DNA of 64,000 bases from positions 25,523 through 89,522 of the forward strand of contig PBMH01000019.1 in assembly GCA_002722515.1 (NCBI GenBank), given 5' to 3'. Each line of letters begins with the position of its first letter. The stretch's first letter is position 1. The stretch is from Alphaproteobacteria bacterium. GTDB lineage: Bacteria; Pseudomonadota; Alphaproteobacteria; UBA6615. Of this stretch, positions 1 through 10,188 are shown one piece after another. The notes under the pieces are model-generated. The model saw only the letters and a list, made by a program, of their open reading frames with translations, searched no databases and had not been told where the DNA came from. A program made the translations under genes and the position numbers.

Positions 1-1305
1 CGCCACGTCTTTGTAGCAATGATGCTCCTGTTCTTTGTGGCGTCGGTTGCTGGTGGCACCGCCCAAACCTATCTGGTCGTTGTGTTGGGGCGCGCCGCGC
101 AGGGGCTAGCGGCGGGCATCATCCTGCCGCTTACCATGATGGCCATGTTCGCCGTCTTCCCGCCTAACCGCCGCGCCATGGTCGCCGGTCTGTTCGGGAT
201 TAGCTTCGTACTCGGCCCCGGCCTGGGCCCCTGGTTCGGTGGCATCGCTATCGACATCTTCGACTGGCGGTTCACCTTCTACGTCGCCCTGCCGGTAGCC
301 TTCTGTTCGATGATGCTCGCCACGATCGTGCTCCCGGCCCGGGATCGCGATGGGGTACGCACTCATCTCGACTGGTTTGGATTCCTCCTAGTCGCCACAT
401 TTCTGACCGCGACCCTGACCGGTCTTTCGAACGGGCAGCTAAAGGGCTGGAACTCCAACTTCGTCATGTCGTCCCTTGGGCTAGGGCTCGGTTCGGCCAT
501 CATCTTCGTCATTTGGGAGCTCATCGTCGACGATCCAATTTTCGACGTCCGCCTACTTACCCGCCCGCGTTTCGCCATTGCCAATCTGATTTCGTTCCTA
601 TTTGGCGCGACCCTTTTCGGATCCTTCTACCTGCAGCCCGTCTTCGTGCAGTTGGTGCAGAATTATACCCCCCTACGCGCTGGGCTGGTCCTGGTGCCGG
701 GTGGCCTGATTATGGGGCTTGTTCTGCCGCTCGCCGGACGCACCTCGGACCTCGTGCCGCCCTACTTGCCGCTAGCGATTGGCTTTCTAATGTTCACGGT
801 CTCGCTCTGGCTGATGGGATACGCAGACCCCAATACCGCCTTCATTACCTTCGCCGCGATCGTCGGGTTGGGCCGGATTGGCCAAGGCATGCTGTTTCCT
901 CCGGTAACGGCTGTCGGGCTCCAGGCGGCTCCAGCTGCACAAATGGGTACCGCTAACGGAATGCTGAACTTCACCCGTCAGATGGGCGGTGCATTCGGGA
1001 TTAACCTATTAGCGATCTTCATCGAACGGCGCACAGCGGTTTACAGCGAGATCCTCGCCTCGACACAAACCGAAGCCAACTCCGCGACCGGCGGCCTGCT
1101 AGATAGCGTGCGGGAGATGCTAGCCGCGGCCAACCTGCCCGAAACGATCGAGGGACCGCTGGCGACACTCTATCTCGGCCGCATAGTTGCCGCGCAGGCG
1201 ACCGCATTGGCTTTTCAAGACACCTTCTTTGTCTTCGCGATCGTAGGTTTACTCGCTGTGGCCCTTTCGTTGGCCCTATGGACCCCGTTTCGTCGCGGTC
1301 GCTAG
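1..1305 (+). CDS. MFS transporter (drug-efflux type); N-terminus lies upstream of the window
   Basis: Many hydrophobic helices with Gly-rich MFS-like loops; the ORF runs from the window edge to the stop at 1305. Confidence 0.75.
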   Translation, partial: RHVFVAMMLLFFVASVAGGTAQTYLVVVLGRAAQGLAAGIILPLTMMAMFAVFPPNRRAMVAGLFGISFVLGPGLGPWFGGIAIDIFDWRFTFYVALPVAFCSMMLATIVLPARDRDGVRTHLDWFGFLLVATFLTATLTGLSNGQLKGWNSNFVMSSLGLGLGSAIIFVIWELIVDDPIFDVRLLTRPRFAIANLISFLFGATLFGSFYLQPVFVQLVQNYTPLRAGLVLVPGGLIMGLVLPLAGRTSDLVPPYLPLAIGFLMFTVSLWLMGYADPNTAFITFAAIVGLGRIGQGMLFPPVTAVGLQAAPAAQMGTANGMLNFTRQMGGAFGINLLAIFIERRTAVYSEILASTQTEANSATGGLLDSVREMLAAANLPETIEGPLATLYLGRIVAAQATALAFQDTFFVFAIVGLLAVALSLALWTPFRRGR

Positions 1306-1559
1306 TAGGTGCCCTCGTCCCTCTCTCTGGTCGGCAGCCCGTTCAGCTTGTCGAGGACATAGATGATCAAGGCGTAAAACAAATAGTACATGAACACGAA
1401 GTTCACGATCGGTATCAGGGTGAGGATGACCCAAAGAACTTTGTTGCGCCCCATCCGGTCAGCAATAAAGTAGTTCCCGATTGCCAGACCAATAAAGACA
1501 ATCATCAGTGGTACAAAGCCAAAAAACTGTTCTTCCATAATTCGCCCTTTCTGAGCCAT
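1302..1559 (-). CDS. small hypothetical membrane protein (two predicted TM helices)
   Basis: 85-aa ORF that exactly fills the gap between the MFS gene and gshA; strongly hydrophobic segments. Confidence 0.35.
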   Translation of the reverse strand: MAQKGRIMEEQFFGFVPLMIVFIGLAIGNYFIADRMGRNKVLWVILTLIPIVNFVFMYYLFYALIIYVLDKLNGLPTRERDEGTY

Positions 1560-1562
1560 TCA

Positions 1563-2930
1563 TTACCAAGCGTACTCCTCAAAAGCCCGGTTCACGTCAT
1601 GATTCCAGCGGCCCCCGAAAGCAGCGAGCTTGTTTTCAGCCGGGGTTAAACCACTATCGACGATCTGCTCTAGGGTCGCCAGAAAATGGGTTTCGTCTTG
1701 ACCCCAGAAGTCGAGCTTCGCACGATTGCGCAGACCGATACGGGAGATCTCCATAGCTTCACGGGCCAGTTCTAGCAGGGTGCGACTGCGAAACGGCGTG
1801 GCCAGGCCCTGGGCCGGCACGTTATTGCGCAGATCAATTACTTCGTCAGCAGACCAGTCGGCTATCATTTCGTGGGCTGCATCGAGCGCCCCGCTATCAT
1901 AAAGCAAGCCAACCCAGAAGGCCGGTAACGCACACACCCGCCTCCACGGCCCGCCATCGGCACCACGCATTTCGATAAACCGCTTGAGCCGCACCTCTGG
2001 AAACAGTGTCGTGGTGTGATCTGTCCAGTCGCCCATGGTCGCATACTCGCCCGGCAAAGATGCGAGATTACCATTCATAAAGTCACGAAACGACTGCCCC
2101 GAGGCATCAATATAGGCGCCATCGCGGTAGACAAAATACATCGGCGTATCAAGTACATAGTCGACATAATGCTCATATCCGAATTCGGCTTCGAAAACGA
2201 AAGGCAAAATGCCCGACCGGTCATTGTCAGTGTCAGTCCAAACATGGCTGCGCAGACTCAAGTACTCCGTGGGTTTGCCCTCCTTGAACGGTGAATTCGC
2301 GAAAAGCGCAGTGGCAATGGGCTGAAGTGCCATGCCAACACGCATCTTTCGCGCCATATCTCTCTCACTATCAAAGTCGAGATTCACTTGCACTGTGCAG
2401 GTACGCAGCATCATGTCGAGACCCATGGTGCCCACCTTCGGCATATATTCGCGCATCACCTTGTAGCGGCCCTTGGGCATCCAATGGGCGTCTTCGCGCC
2501 TCAGTAGCGGATGAAAGCCGAGGCCAAGCATGGCAACGCCCAGCTCACGATTAACCTCACGCAGTTGCTTGAGGTGCTCCTGCACCTCCTCGCAGGTCTG
2601 GTGTAACGTCTCAAGCGGAGCGCCCGATAATTCGAACTGCCCGCCTGGCTCGAGCGAAATGTTTGCACCGCTGTCGCCGGTCAGAGCAATAACATTTTCA
2701 CCCTCATATATCGGCTCCCAGCCGAAGCGCTGCAGCCCCACTAGAAGGTCACGAATCCCCGGGCTGCTATCATAAGACAGAGGCGTGTGATCCGATTGGC
2801 GAAACGCGAATTTCTCGTGCTCGGTCCCAATCCGCCAATCATCGCGTGGCTTCTCGCCCTCGGCGAACCAAGCTATGAGTTGATCCTTGGATTCGATGAT
2901 GGGGCCGCCGCCCGATGACGGTGCTGCCAT
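1563..2930 (-). CDS. gshA: glutamate--cysteine ligase, plant/alphaproteobacterial GCS2 type
   Basis: 455 aa; N-terminus ...WRIGTEHEKFAF... and overall similarity to GCS2-family gamma-glutamylcysteine synthetases. Confidence 0.9.
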   Translation of the reverse strand: MAAPSSGGGPIIESKDQLIAWFAEGEKPRDDWRIGTEHEKFAFRQSDHTPLSYDSSPGIRDLLVGLQRFGWEPIYEGENVIALTGDSGANISLEPGGQFELSGAPLETLHQTCEEVQEHLKQLREVNRELGVAMLGLGFHPLLRREDAHWMPKGRYKVMREYMPKVGTMGLDMMLRTCTVQVNLDFDSERDMARKMRVGMALQPIATALFANSPFKEGKPTEYLSLRSHVWTDTDNDRSGILPFVFEAEFGYEHYVDYVLDTPMYFVYRDGAYIDASGQSFRDFMNGNLASLPGEYATMGDWTDHTTTLFPEVRLKRFIEMRGADGGPWRRVCALPAFWVGLLYDSGALDAAHEMIADWSADEVIDLRNNVPAQGLATPFRSRTLLELAREAMEISRIGLRNRAKLDFWGQDETHFLATLEQIVDSGLTPAENKLAAFGGRWNHDVNRAFEEYAW

Positions 2931-2954
2931 GACATATTTCCTGACTGGTCCCAG

Positions 2955-3722
2955 TTAACAGATGCGCCCGGAACGCCAGTCCCCGGCAATGGCTTGAACA
3001 ACGGCAAGGGCCGCAATTGCGGCCGTGTCGGCACGCAGCACACGCGGCCCTAACCCGACAGGAACAACAAAGGGGAGATCGCGCAACTGGTCAAGCTCGT
3101 CCGGAGCAAACCCACCCTCCGGCCCTATCATAACCGCGAGCGGACCCGGGTCGCTACTCAGAGACCCGGCCACCGTGGCGAGCGACTGGCCCGCCCCGGT
3201 CTCGTCCCCAAGCAGGATACAACGCTCAACGGGCCAAGTCTCGAGGAGCGTCGACAGGCGCACCGGTTCCTCAATAATCGGCACGCATAGACGCTCCGAC
3301 TGTTCCGCGGCCTCGATCGCATTGGCGCCCAAGCGTCGCGTGTTGACTCGCTCAGAATTGGTTCGAGCGGTTAGGACTGGAAGTAGGCGCGCAACACCGA
3401 GTTCGGTCGCCTTAGTCGTCAGGAAGTCGACCGCTGCCCTCTTGATCGGTGCAAAGACAAGCCATATGTCCGGTTCCGCACGCTGCGGGCTCAACTGATC
3501 GGATACGATCACCCGCACGGCACCGCGCCGTATCTCAGTTAGCTCCGCCTGGTACTCGCCGTCGCGACCATTGAATAACGCGACCTGGTCGCCCACGCCC
3601 CTACGCATAACATTTTGCAGATAGTGGCTCTGGTCAGGGCCCAGCAAAAGCGCTCCCCCGGCAATTAGGTCGTTTTCGACGAACAACCGGATGCGTGTAA
3701 AGCTAAGTTTCGAATCCGCCAT
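2955..3722 (-). CDS. rsmE: 16S rRNA (uracil1498-N3)-methyltransferase
   Basis: 255 aa; RsmE-like N-terminal PUA-like region and C-terminal SPOUT fold motifs. Confidence 0.8.
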   Translation of the reverse strand: MADSKLSFTRIRLFVENDLIAGGALLLGPDQSHYLQNVMRRGVGDQVALFNGRDGEYQAELTEIRRGAVRVIVSDQLSPQRAEPDIWLVFAPIKRAAVDFLTTKATELGVARLLPVLTARTNSERVNTRRLGANAIEAAEQSERLCVPIIEEPVRLSTLLETWPVERCILLGDETGAGQSLATVAGSLSSDPGPLAVMIGPEGGFAPDELDQLRDLPFVVPVGLGPRVLRADTAAIAALAVVQAIAGDWRSGRIC

Positions 3723-3772
3723 TAGGAAATTCCGAGATTGGGGGCGAGCCCCGTCTGGGCTAACAATACACC

Positions 3773-4699
3773 ATGCAAGACGCCCCCCATCATAATGCTA
3801 GTGACATCCCCCGCGACAAGTGGATCGACCGTTACGCTCCAACGCGGACGCGTCCCTATGCGCGGCTGATACGACTCGATCGACCAATCGGCACGTGGTT
3901 ACTGCTGTTACCAGGCTGGTGGGCTCTGGCCATCGCTGCCCCGTCAGGCGCATGGCCCAACTTCCTCTGGCTAGCGCTGTTCGCGATCGGGGCAACCCTA
4001 ATGCGCGGTGCTGGATGCGTGATCAACGATTTTTTTGACCGAGATTTCGATGCACACGTGGCACGCACCGCCGACCGACCCTTAGCCAGTGGCGAGGTTT
4101 CTGCACGCGCAGCCATCGCGCTCCTTTCCGCTCTGCTTTTGGTGAGTTTCGCAATACTGATGATTTTTAACCCGACCGCCATAGCGATCGGGGCACTCAG
4201 TCTCCTGCTTATCGTACCCTATCCGCTGATGAAACGAATCACTTGGTGGCCACAGGCCTGGCTCGGCCTTACTTTCAACTGGGGGGTGCTGCTGGGTTGG
4301 GCCGTCGTGTGCGGCGAGCTGGAGGCGACCGCGTTCATCCTCTATGCCGCCGGGTTCTTCTGGACGCTAGGATACGACACCATCTATGCCCATCAGGACA
4401 AGGGAGACGACGCGCTAGTTGGTATTAAGTCGACGGCGCGTCTGCTCGGCGCCAAGTCGCGCCTCTGGCTCGTCGGTTTTTATTGCATCACACTAACACT
4501 GCTGGCCGCAACGGGTTGGATTGCGACGCTGGGCTGGCCATTCTGGGTCGGGTTAACCCTCGCCGCAGCTCACCTTGTCTGGCAGGCTATAACAATTAAT
4601 TTCGACGACCCTAGAGATTGCCTTGCGAAGTTCAAATCTAACCGGGACTTCGGGCTGGCCATTTTCGCTGCAGCGATCGCAGGACGTCTCCTGGCCTGA
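3773..4699 (+). CDS. ubiA: 4-hydroxybenzoate polyprenyltransferase
   Basis: 308 aa polytopic membrane protein; UbiA prenyltransferase Asp-rich motif (NDFFDRDFD). Confidence 0.9.
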   Translation: MQDAPHHNASDIPRDKWIDRYAPTRTRPYARLIRLDRPIGTWLLLLPGWWALAIAAPSGAWPNFLWLALFAIGATLMRGAGCVINDFFDRDFDAHVARTADRPLASGEVSARAAIALLSALLLVSFAILMIFNPTAIAIGALSLLLIVPYPLMKRITWWPQAWLGLTFNWGVLLGWAVVCGELEATAFILYAAGFFWTLGYDTIYAHQDKGDDALVGIKSTARLLGAKSRLWLVGFYCITLTLLAATGWIATLGWPFWVGLTLAAAHLVWQAITINFDDPRDCLAKFKSNRDFGLAIFAAAIAGRLLA

Positions 4700-4733
4700 C
4701 CCAGGAACTAAACGTCCGCAGGCATGATCAAGC

Positions 4734-5465
4734 TCATACCCGCTCGACCTTGTGGATGGCATGCGCGACTGGCACCGCTGCTGCCTCCAATGCCCTTGCC
4801 CGCGTTGCACGGATCTCTTGATCGTCGATGTGCGCCCGAACGAAGACGTCGAGTGCGTCATCGGGTGCGAGGCGATTGCGCATTAGTGTAAGCACCTCTA
4901 GTTGAGAAAGCTCCGTGAGCTGCCGATTTTCAGCGGCGACTTCCGTCAACGCGAAGGGCGTCGTGTCCTCGCCCACATGGCCGCGGAAACTCAAATAGGC
5001 CCAAGCCACGTCGATCGCCTCACCCCCATCCAGTTCGAGAGTCAGATCATCGAGCCGCGCAAAGTGATAATTATCGACCTCTGTCGGATGCATGACCTCG
5101 AGTTCTACATCGCTGAGCCAGTTTACCGCGACCGCTACGCGGGTACCCGGGACATGACGCAACGCTGCAGGCAAGGAACCGTAGCTCGCGAAATGTGCCG
5201 AGTAGACCACGTCGTGGTCCGCGAGCCATGCACGCTGGACCGGAATTGGTGCGTGTTCCGTCCCATATTTCTGCCGGAGGCGGATCGGCGACTGGTTTGA
5301 GCCATAACCAATCACCGGACGGCGGTCTCGGCGATGGTTTGGATCGAACGGTGCAGCGACACCGTCGATAAGGGTAAAGGAATACGTCGTGATGTCGTAG
5401 GGATAGCCTACCGCGCGAGCGAGCACGGGATCAGTTACGAAGGGATCGGTCGCATCTGGTATCAT
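4734..5465 (-). CDS. gamma-glutamylcyclotransferase-like (AIG2/GGCT fold) family protein
   Basis: GYGSNQ motif typical of GGCT/AIG2-like proteins with a downstream acidic residue. Start moved to the internal ATG at 5465 so it does not overlap ubiD. Confidence 0.4.
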   Translation of the reverse strand: MIPDATDPFVTDPVLARAVGYPYDITTYSFTLIDGVAAPFDPNHRRDRRPVIGYGSNQSPIRLRQKYGTEHAPIPVQRAWLADHDVVYSAHFASYGSLPAALRHVPGTRVAVAVNWLSDVELEVMHPTEVDNYHFARLDDLTLELDGGEAIDVAWAYLSFRGHVGEDTTPFALTEVAAENRQLTELSQLEVLTLMRNRLAPDDALDVFVRAHIDDQEIRATRARALEAAAVPVAHAIHKVERV

Positions 5466-5565
5466 AGAATCATTGTCGCGCGCCACGTCCGTGCCCGCAA
5501 GCGGCCCACGCCGAAGTACCGGGGTTCTTGACGCGCGGGCGCGAGACCGGTCTAAGTTTAGCACT

Positions 5566-7077
5566 ATGCCATACTCCAGCCTACGCGAATTCATCGAACG
5601 CCTAGAGCGCGATGACCGCCTTGTCAGGGTGAGCTACCCTGTCGCGGCGAGCCTCGAGATGACCGAGATACAGACTCGCCTCCTCGCCGAGCAGGGGCCC
5701 GCGGTCCTGTTCGAGAACGTCATCGCAGATGACGGCAGCCCGAGCCCGATCCCGGTTCTGACCAACCTGTTCGGTACTGTCGAACGGGTCGCCTGGGGCA
5801 TGGACCGGGAACCAAACCAGTTGCGCGAAATCGGAGAGACTCTCGCCTTCCTGCGCCAGCCTGAGCCGCCCGGCGGACTGCGCGATGCCTGGGATAAGCT
5901 GCCAATCCTGCGAAAGGTTATGGCCATGCGCCCGAAGACCGTGTCCTCCGGCCAAGTGCACGATATTGTTTGGACGGGCGATGATATCGACCTCTCCAAG
6001 TTGCCCATCCAGACCTGCTGGCCCGGCGAGCCGGCGCCGCTAATAACTTGGCCGCTGGTAGTTACCCAGGGTCCCAACCCCGAGGGCAGACGCGAAGATG
6101 CTTTTAACTTGGGGATCTATCGCATGCAGGTCACGGGTCCAAAATCGACCTATATGCGCTGGCTCAAACATCGAGGCGGCGCCCAGCATCACGCGCGCTG
6201 GAAGACCGAGCGACCAGAACCCCTGCCGGCAGCCGCAGTCATCGGTGCCGACCCCGGTACAATTATCGCCGCCGTCACGCCGGTACCCGACAGCCTGTCC
6301 GAGTACCAATTCGCCGGCCTTCTGCGCGGAAAGCGTCTGGAACTGGTCGATTGTAAGACCGTGCCTCTCAAGGTTCCGGCCTCGGCCGAGATCGTGATCG
6401 AGGGTCATGTTTCACTTGACGAGTATGGTAATGAGGGCCCCTATGGTGACCATACTGGCTACTATAACTCCGTTGAGAAGTTCCCGATCTTCCACATCAG
6501 CGCAATCACCATGCGCCGCGACCCGATCTACCTGTCAACGTTCACAGGCCGGCCACCCGACGAACCATCGGTACTGGGTGAGGCGCTCAACGACGTCTTC
6601 GTTCCCTTGCTGCAGCAGGCCTTTCCTGAGATCACTGACTTCTGGTTGCCACCCGAGGGGTGCTCCTATCGGATCGCCGTGGTTTCTATTCGTAAAGCTT
6701 ATCCAGGTCACGCCAAGCGAGTGATGATGGGGGTATGGTCCTACCTGCGCCAGTTCATGTACACGAAATGGGTCATCGTTATAGATGACGATATCGACGC
6801 GCGCGATTGGAAGGACGTGATGTGGGCAATCTCAACCCGTATGGACCCGGCGCGCGATATAACAGTCGTCGAAAACACTCCAATCGACTATCTAGACTTC
6901 GCGTCGCCCGCGTCGAGCCTTGGTTCCAAAATCGGGCTCGACGCAACCAACAAGATTCCACCCGAGACCGAACGCGAATGGGGAAAGCAGATCCGAATGG
7001 CCGACGAAGTAATCGAAAAAGTCTCCGCAATGTGGGACGATTTGGGACTACCCGGATCGGGCAAATCTATATGGTAA
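5566..7077 (+). CDS. ubiD: 4-hydroxy-3-polyprenylbenzoate decarboxylase
   Basis: UbiD-family sequence throughout. Start set at [14 protein letters not shown], the conserved UbiD N-terminus. Confidence 0.9.
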   Translation: MPYSSLREFIERLERDDRLVRVSYPVAASLEMTEIQTRLLAEQGPAVLFENVIADDGSPSPIPVLTNLFGTVERVAWGMDREPNQLREIGETLAFLRQPEPPGGLRDAWDKLPILRKVMAMRPKTVSSGQVHDIVWTGDDIDLSKLPIQTCWPGEPAPLITWPLVVTQGPNPEGRREDAFNLGIYRMQVTGPKSTYMRWLKHRGGAQHHARWKTERPEPLPAAAVIGADPGTIIAAVTPVPDSLSEYQFAGLLRGKRLELVDCKTVPLKVPASAEIVIEGHVSLDEYGNEGPYGDHTGYYNSVEKFPIFHISAITMRRDPIYLSTFTGRPPDEPSVLGEALNDVFVPLLQQAFPEITDFWLPPEGCSYRIAVVSIRKAYPGHAKRVMMGVWSYLRQFMYTKWVIVIDDDIDARDWKDVMWAISTRMDPARDITVVENTPIDYLDFASPASSLGSKIGLDATNKIPPETEREWGKQIRMADEVIEKVSAMWDDLGLPGSGKSIW

Positions 7078-7231
7078 TAGGGTGGTCCCGCTCGGCAGAC
7101 TTCTGGGATCATGATCGCCTCGACAACACTGGTCCTTGTTTCCGTGATAGGAATCGTCGAGTTTTTTAGTCCCGGTAACCTGTGGCGCCGGCCCAACCAA
7201 TAACAGGCGCGCCGTGGCGCGAAGAACAAAT

Positions 7232-8587
7232 ATGTCTGATAGCGCCTCACCCAACGACCGTAACCGTCTTTCCGACCTAATTGCCGGTGCAATGCGGCGC
7301 GGCGGCGATGCCGCCGACGCGGTTCTGATCCGCTCGACCGCGATCTCGCACGCCCAGCGGCTCGGCGAGATCGAACAGCTCGAACGCCAGGAGAGCTTCG
7401 ATCTAGGCCTGCGGGTCTTCCGCGGCAAGAAACAGGCGATCGTGTCCTCGACCGATTTCTCAAAGGACGCGCTCGACGAACTCGTCGACCGTGCACTCGA
7501 CATGGCCGCAGCGGTGCCCGACGACCCGTGGGCTGGCCTCGCCGATCCCGATCAGCTCGCAACCGAAATTCCTGACCTCGACATGGTCGACCCGGACGAA
7601 CCCACCGGCGAGGTCCTAGTAGAGATGGCACACGCCTGTGAGGATGCGGCCCGTGCTGTCGAGGGCGTGACTAACTCGGAAGGTGCGCAGGCAAGCTGGA
7701 GCCATACCAGCATCTGCCTGGCGGCGAGCAACGGTTTCACAGGCGACTATGCCCGCACCGATACGGGCATCGGCGTTTCCGTAATCGCCGGCGAGGGCGC
7801 AGGCATGGAATCCGAATACGACTTTGCCCACGCGGTCCACATGGCCGACCTTGAAGACCCGGAGGCCGTCGGCAAGCGCGCCGGCGAGAAAGCGACGGCG
7901 CGGCTCGGCAGCCGTCGTATGCCGACGGCCCAAGTGCCCGTGGTCTACGACCCGCGCGTTGCCGGCAGCCTGCTCGGCCACCTCTCCAGCGCCATCACTG
8001 GACCGGCAATCGCTCGGAGAACCAGTTTCCTCAAGGATCGGCTCGGCGAACAAATCTTCACGACAGACATCGAAGTCTTTGACGACCCCCACCGCCGCCG
8101 CGGCATGCGCTCGAAGCCGTTCGACGCCGAGGGCATCGCCAACACGAAGCAGGCGATCGTGGAGGATGGCGTGCTGACGACCTGGCTGCTCGATCTCGCC
8201 TCGGCTCGGCAGCTCGGTCTCGAGGCCACCGGCCATGCCGGCCGCGGCACGTCGGGCTTGCCTTCACCCGGACCATCTAACCTTTATCTGGCGCCCGGTG
8301 ACCAAACCCCGGCGGAGCTGATCTCTGATATAGATGCGGGCCTGTACATCACGGCGTTGATGGGCATGGGCGTCAACGGTGTCACCGGCGACTACAGCCG
8401 CGGTGCGTCGGGCTTTTGGATCGAGAACGGCGAGATCAGTTTCCCCGTCACCGAACTCACGATCGCCGGAAACCTGAACCAGATGTTCGCTGAGATGCGC
8501 CGCGCGGACGATCTCGAATTCCGCTTCGGCACCAACAGCCCGACCGTCCGTATCGACGGAATGACCGTGGCCGGCAGCGGCGACTGA
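7232..8587 (+). CDS. pmbA: TldD/PmbA family metalloprotease (PmbA/TldE)
   Basis: About 450 aa with PmbA/TldD-family sequence features. An alternative GTG start lies at 7214. Confidence 0.85.
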   Translation: MSDSASPNDRNRLSDLIAGAMRRGGDAADAVLIRSTAISHAQRLGEIEQLERQESFDLGLRVFRGKKQAIVSSTDFSKDALDELVDRALDMAAAVPDDPWAGLADPDQLATEIPDLDMVDPDEPTGEVLVEMAHACEDAARAVEGVTNSEGAQASWSHTSICLAASNGFTGDYARTDTGIGVSVIAGEGAGMESEYDFAHAVHMADLEDPEAVGKRAGEKATARLGSRRMPTAQVPVVYDPRVAGSLLGHLSSAITGPAIARRTSFLKDRLGEQIFTTDIEVFDDPHRRRGMRSKPFDAEGIANTKQAIVEDGVLTTWLLDLASARQLGLEATGHAGRGTSGLPSPGPSNLYLAPGDQTPAELISDIDAGLYITALMGMGVNGVTGDYSRGASGFWIENGEISFPVTELTIAGNLNQMFAEMRRADDLEFRFGTNSPTVRIDGMTVAGSGD

Positions 8588-8599
8588 CGCCGCTGGTGG

Positions 8600-9145
8600 T
8601 CAATCGCCGAGCGGCACCGGCTGATCAGCGGGCGGGTCTACCTCGAAGGCGTTCGCAGTGCAGCAGGTCATAACGAATTGGCCCGACGCCGCCACCAAGG
8701 CGATCAGGTTGATCTCGCCCATCACAGCTTCGGCGGCGGCATAGGACGCGTCGCTCAGCTTTTTCGTTTCCATTAGCTCACGCGCGACCTCATAGCTTAC
8801 ACGCTCGCGATCGTCGGAGAGCGCGGGCACCTCACGCACGTTGATTGCATCGACGATCTCGCAGTCAATGCCGTTGGCTAGCGCATTGCGCGACTGGGCG
8901 AACCAAGGATAGCGCGCGTTCCAATGCCGTGCGACGACCATGAACACGATCAACCGCTCGCGCTCGGTGAGCGGCCCGGAACCCAGCGTGGCGCGCATGT
9001 CCTGCGCCACCTGAAACAGATCGGGAATGCGGATGTAGGCATAGAATGGCCCGCCCACGGGCCCGCCATTCGCCTTAGCCGCGTCATGCACCAGGGCCTG
9101 TTCCGGGTCCATATCTGCCCGGTCGATAATTTCGATACGCGTCAT
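8600..9145 (-). CDS. carboxymuconolactone decarboxylase (AhpD-like) family protein
   Basis: CMD-like helical domain. Start placed at the ATG preceded by a GGAACGAGG RBS-like sequence. Confidence 0.55.
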   Translation of the reverse strand: MTRIEIIDRADMDPEQALVHDAAKANGGPVGGPFYAYIRIPDLFQVAQDMRATLGSGPLTERERLIVFMVVARHWNARYPWFAQSRNALANGIDCEIVDAINVREVPALSDDRERVSYEVARELMETKKLSDASYAAAEAVMGEINLIALVAASGQFVMTCCTANAFEVDPPADQPVPLGD

Positions 9146-9168
9146 GTCGACCTCGTTCCTTTGGCGTG

Positions 9169-10005
9169 TCAAACGTCCTTGCGTACTACCATCCACATGT
9201 TGTCACTGAACGGGAACCGGTCGAAGAAACCGAACCCGACGGTTGCCAGGCCCGCATCGGCGACCATCGTGCGCAGGCTCATAGGCGTGAAGTAATTGAC
9301 GTGCCCCGGGAAGCGGAAACCGCACCAGCGTGAGCCCATGATCCGGCGGTTGAGGGAAGAAAAGTTCGGGACCTTGATGATCGCCACGCCTCCGGGCTTT
9401 AGCACCCGCGCCGCATGCGACAGTAATTCGATGGGTTTGTGTTCATGTTCCAAGAAGGAGCGCATCAGGACGCCGCTCGCCGTCCCGGCCTCGTAACTCG
9501 CCAGCCCCTCTACTGCCGGCAGGTTCGTGATGCTGCCGCCGCGCGTCGCCAGCAGCGCCCCGGCTTCCTCAGCCAGCGCCTTGGATATCTCGATGCCGCT
9601 GGTCTCGTAGTGCGCCGGCAAGCTCAGCAAACGGTCAGCATTGCCGCAACCCACATCGATGACTAGGCCCGGCAGCACCCACTTGTTGATCCGGTTGGCC
9701 AGCTTGTCGGGTTTGCGCACCGCCCACCGATAGAATTTCCGCCATGCCTTCGAGACCCCATAGGCCAGCGGATACTCCTTCCGCATCCGCACCTTGCGGT
9801 CACCATGGTTTTTCTCCCAAGCGAACGCGACTTTGAAGTCTGCGTAATCCGGCGGGTTTTCCAGATATACGAACCGGCACGCCCCGCATTCACGCAGCTG
9901 CCATTCCTGCCAAGAATAACTGAGTGCAGGCCGATCTGAATTGTCGGTTTCGCAATTCGGGCAATTCCTGTGTAGAAGATCGCCAAGATTCTCGGCTGCG
10001 GACAT
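9169..10005 (-). CDS. class I SAM-dependent methyltransferase with N-terminal Cys4 zinc-ribbon
   Basis: N-terminal CPNC...CGAC zinc-ribbon pattern; VIDVGCGN SAM-binding motif I. Confidence 0.7.
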   Translation of the reverse strand: MSAAENLGDLLHRNCPNCETDNSDRPALSYSWQEWQLRECGACRFVYLENPPDYADFKVAFAWEKNHGDRKVRMRKEYPLAYGVSKAWRKFYRWAVRKPDKLANRINKWVLPGLVIDVGCGNADRLLSLPAHYETSGIEISKALAEEAGALLATRGGSITNLPAVEGLASYEAGTASGVLMRSFLEHEHKPIELLSHAARVLKPGGVAIIKVPNFSSLNRRIMGSRWCGFRFPGHVNYFTPMSLRTMVADAGLATVGFGFFDRFPFSDNMWMVVRKDV

Positions 10006-10188
10006 TCATTTCCTCGCTGATCGCACCACACGTATTCATGCTAGCTGTAGCATTACAGCGGGAATCGCAACAGACCTGTCTGACTAGCGCCTACACACAG
10101 GTGGTTCGCGCCATGTTAGGCTTGCATCGGCGACGGCACATATGGCTCGATTCCGAGCGCTATCAACGGAGGCGGCGACAACCGCGAC

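Noticed and set aside
4902-5300. 132-aa plus-strand ORF between ubiA and ubiD
   Set aside because: It is antisense to the better-supported GGCT-like gene and has no recognisable motifs.
6888-7631. 247-aa Arg-rich ORF on the minus strand across the ubiD/pmbA junction
   Set aside because: Low-complexity R/P/G-rich translation antisense to bona fide genes, with no motif; a GC-frame artefact. The same applies to 12058..12939, 15591..16346, 7616..8236 and similar ORFs.
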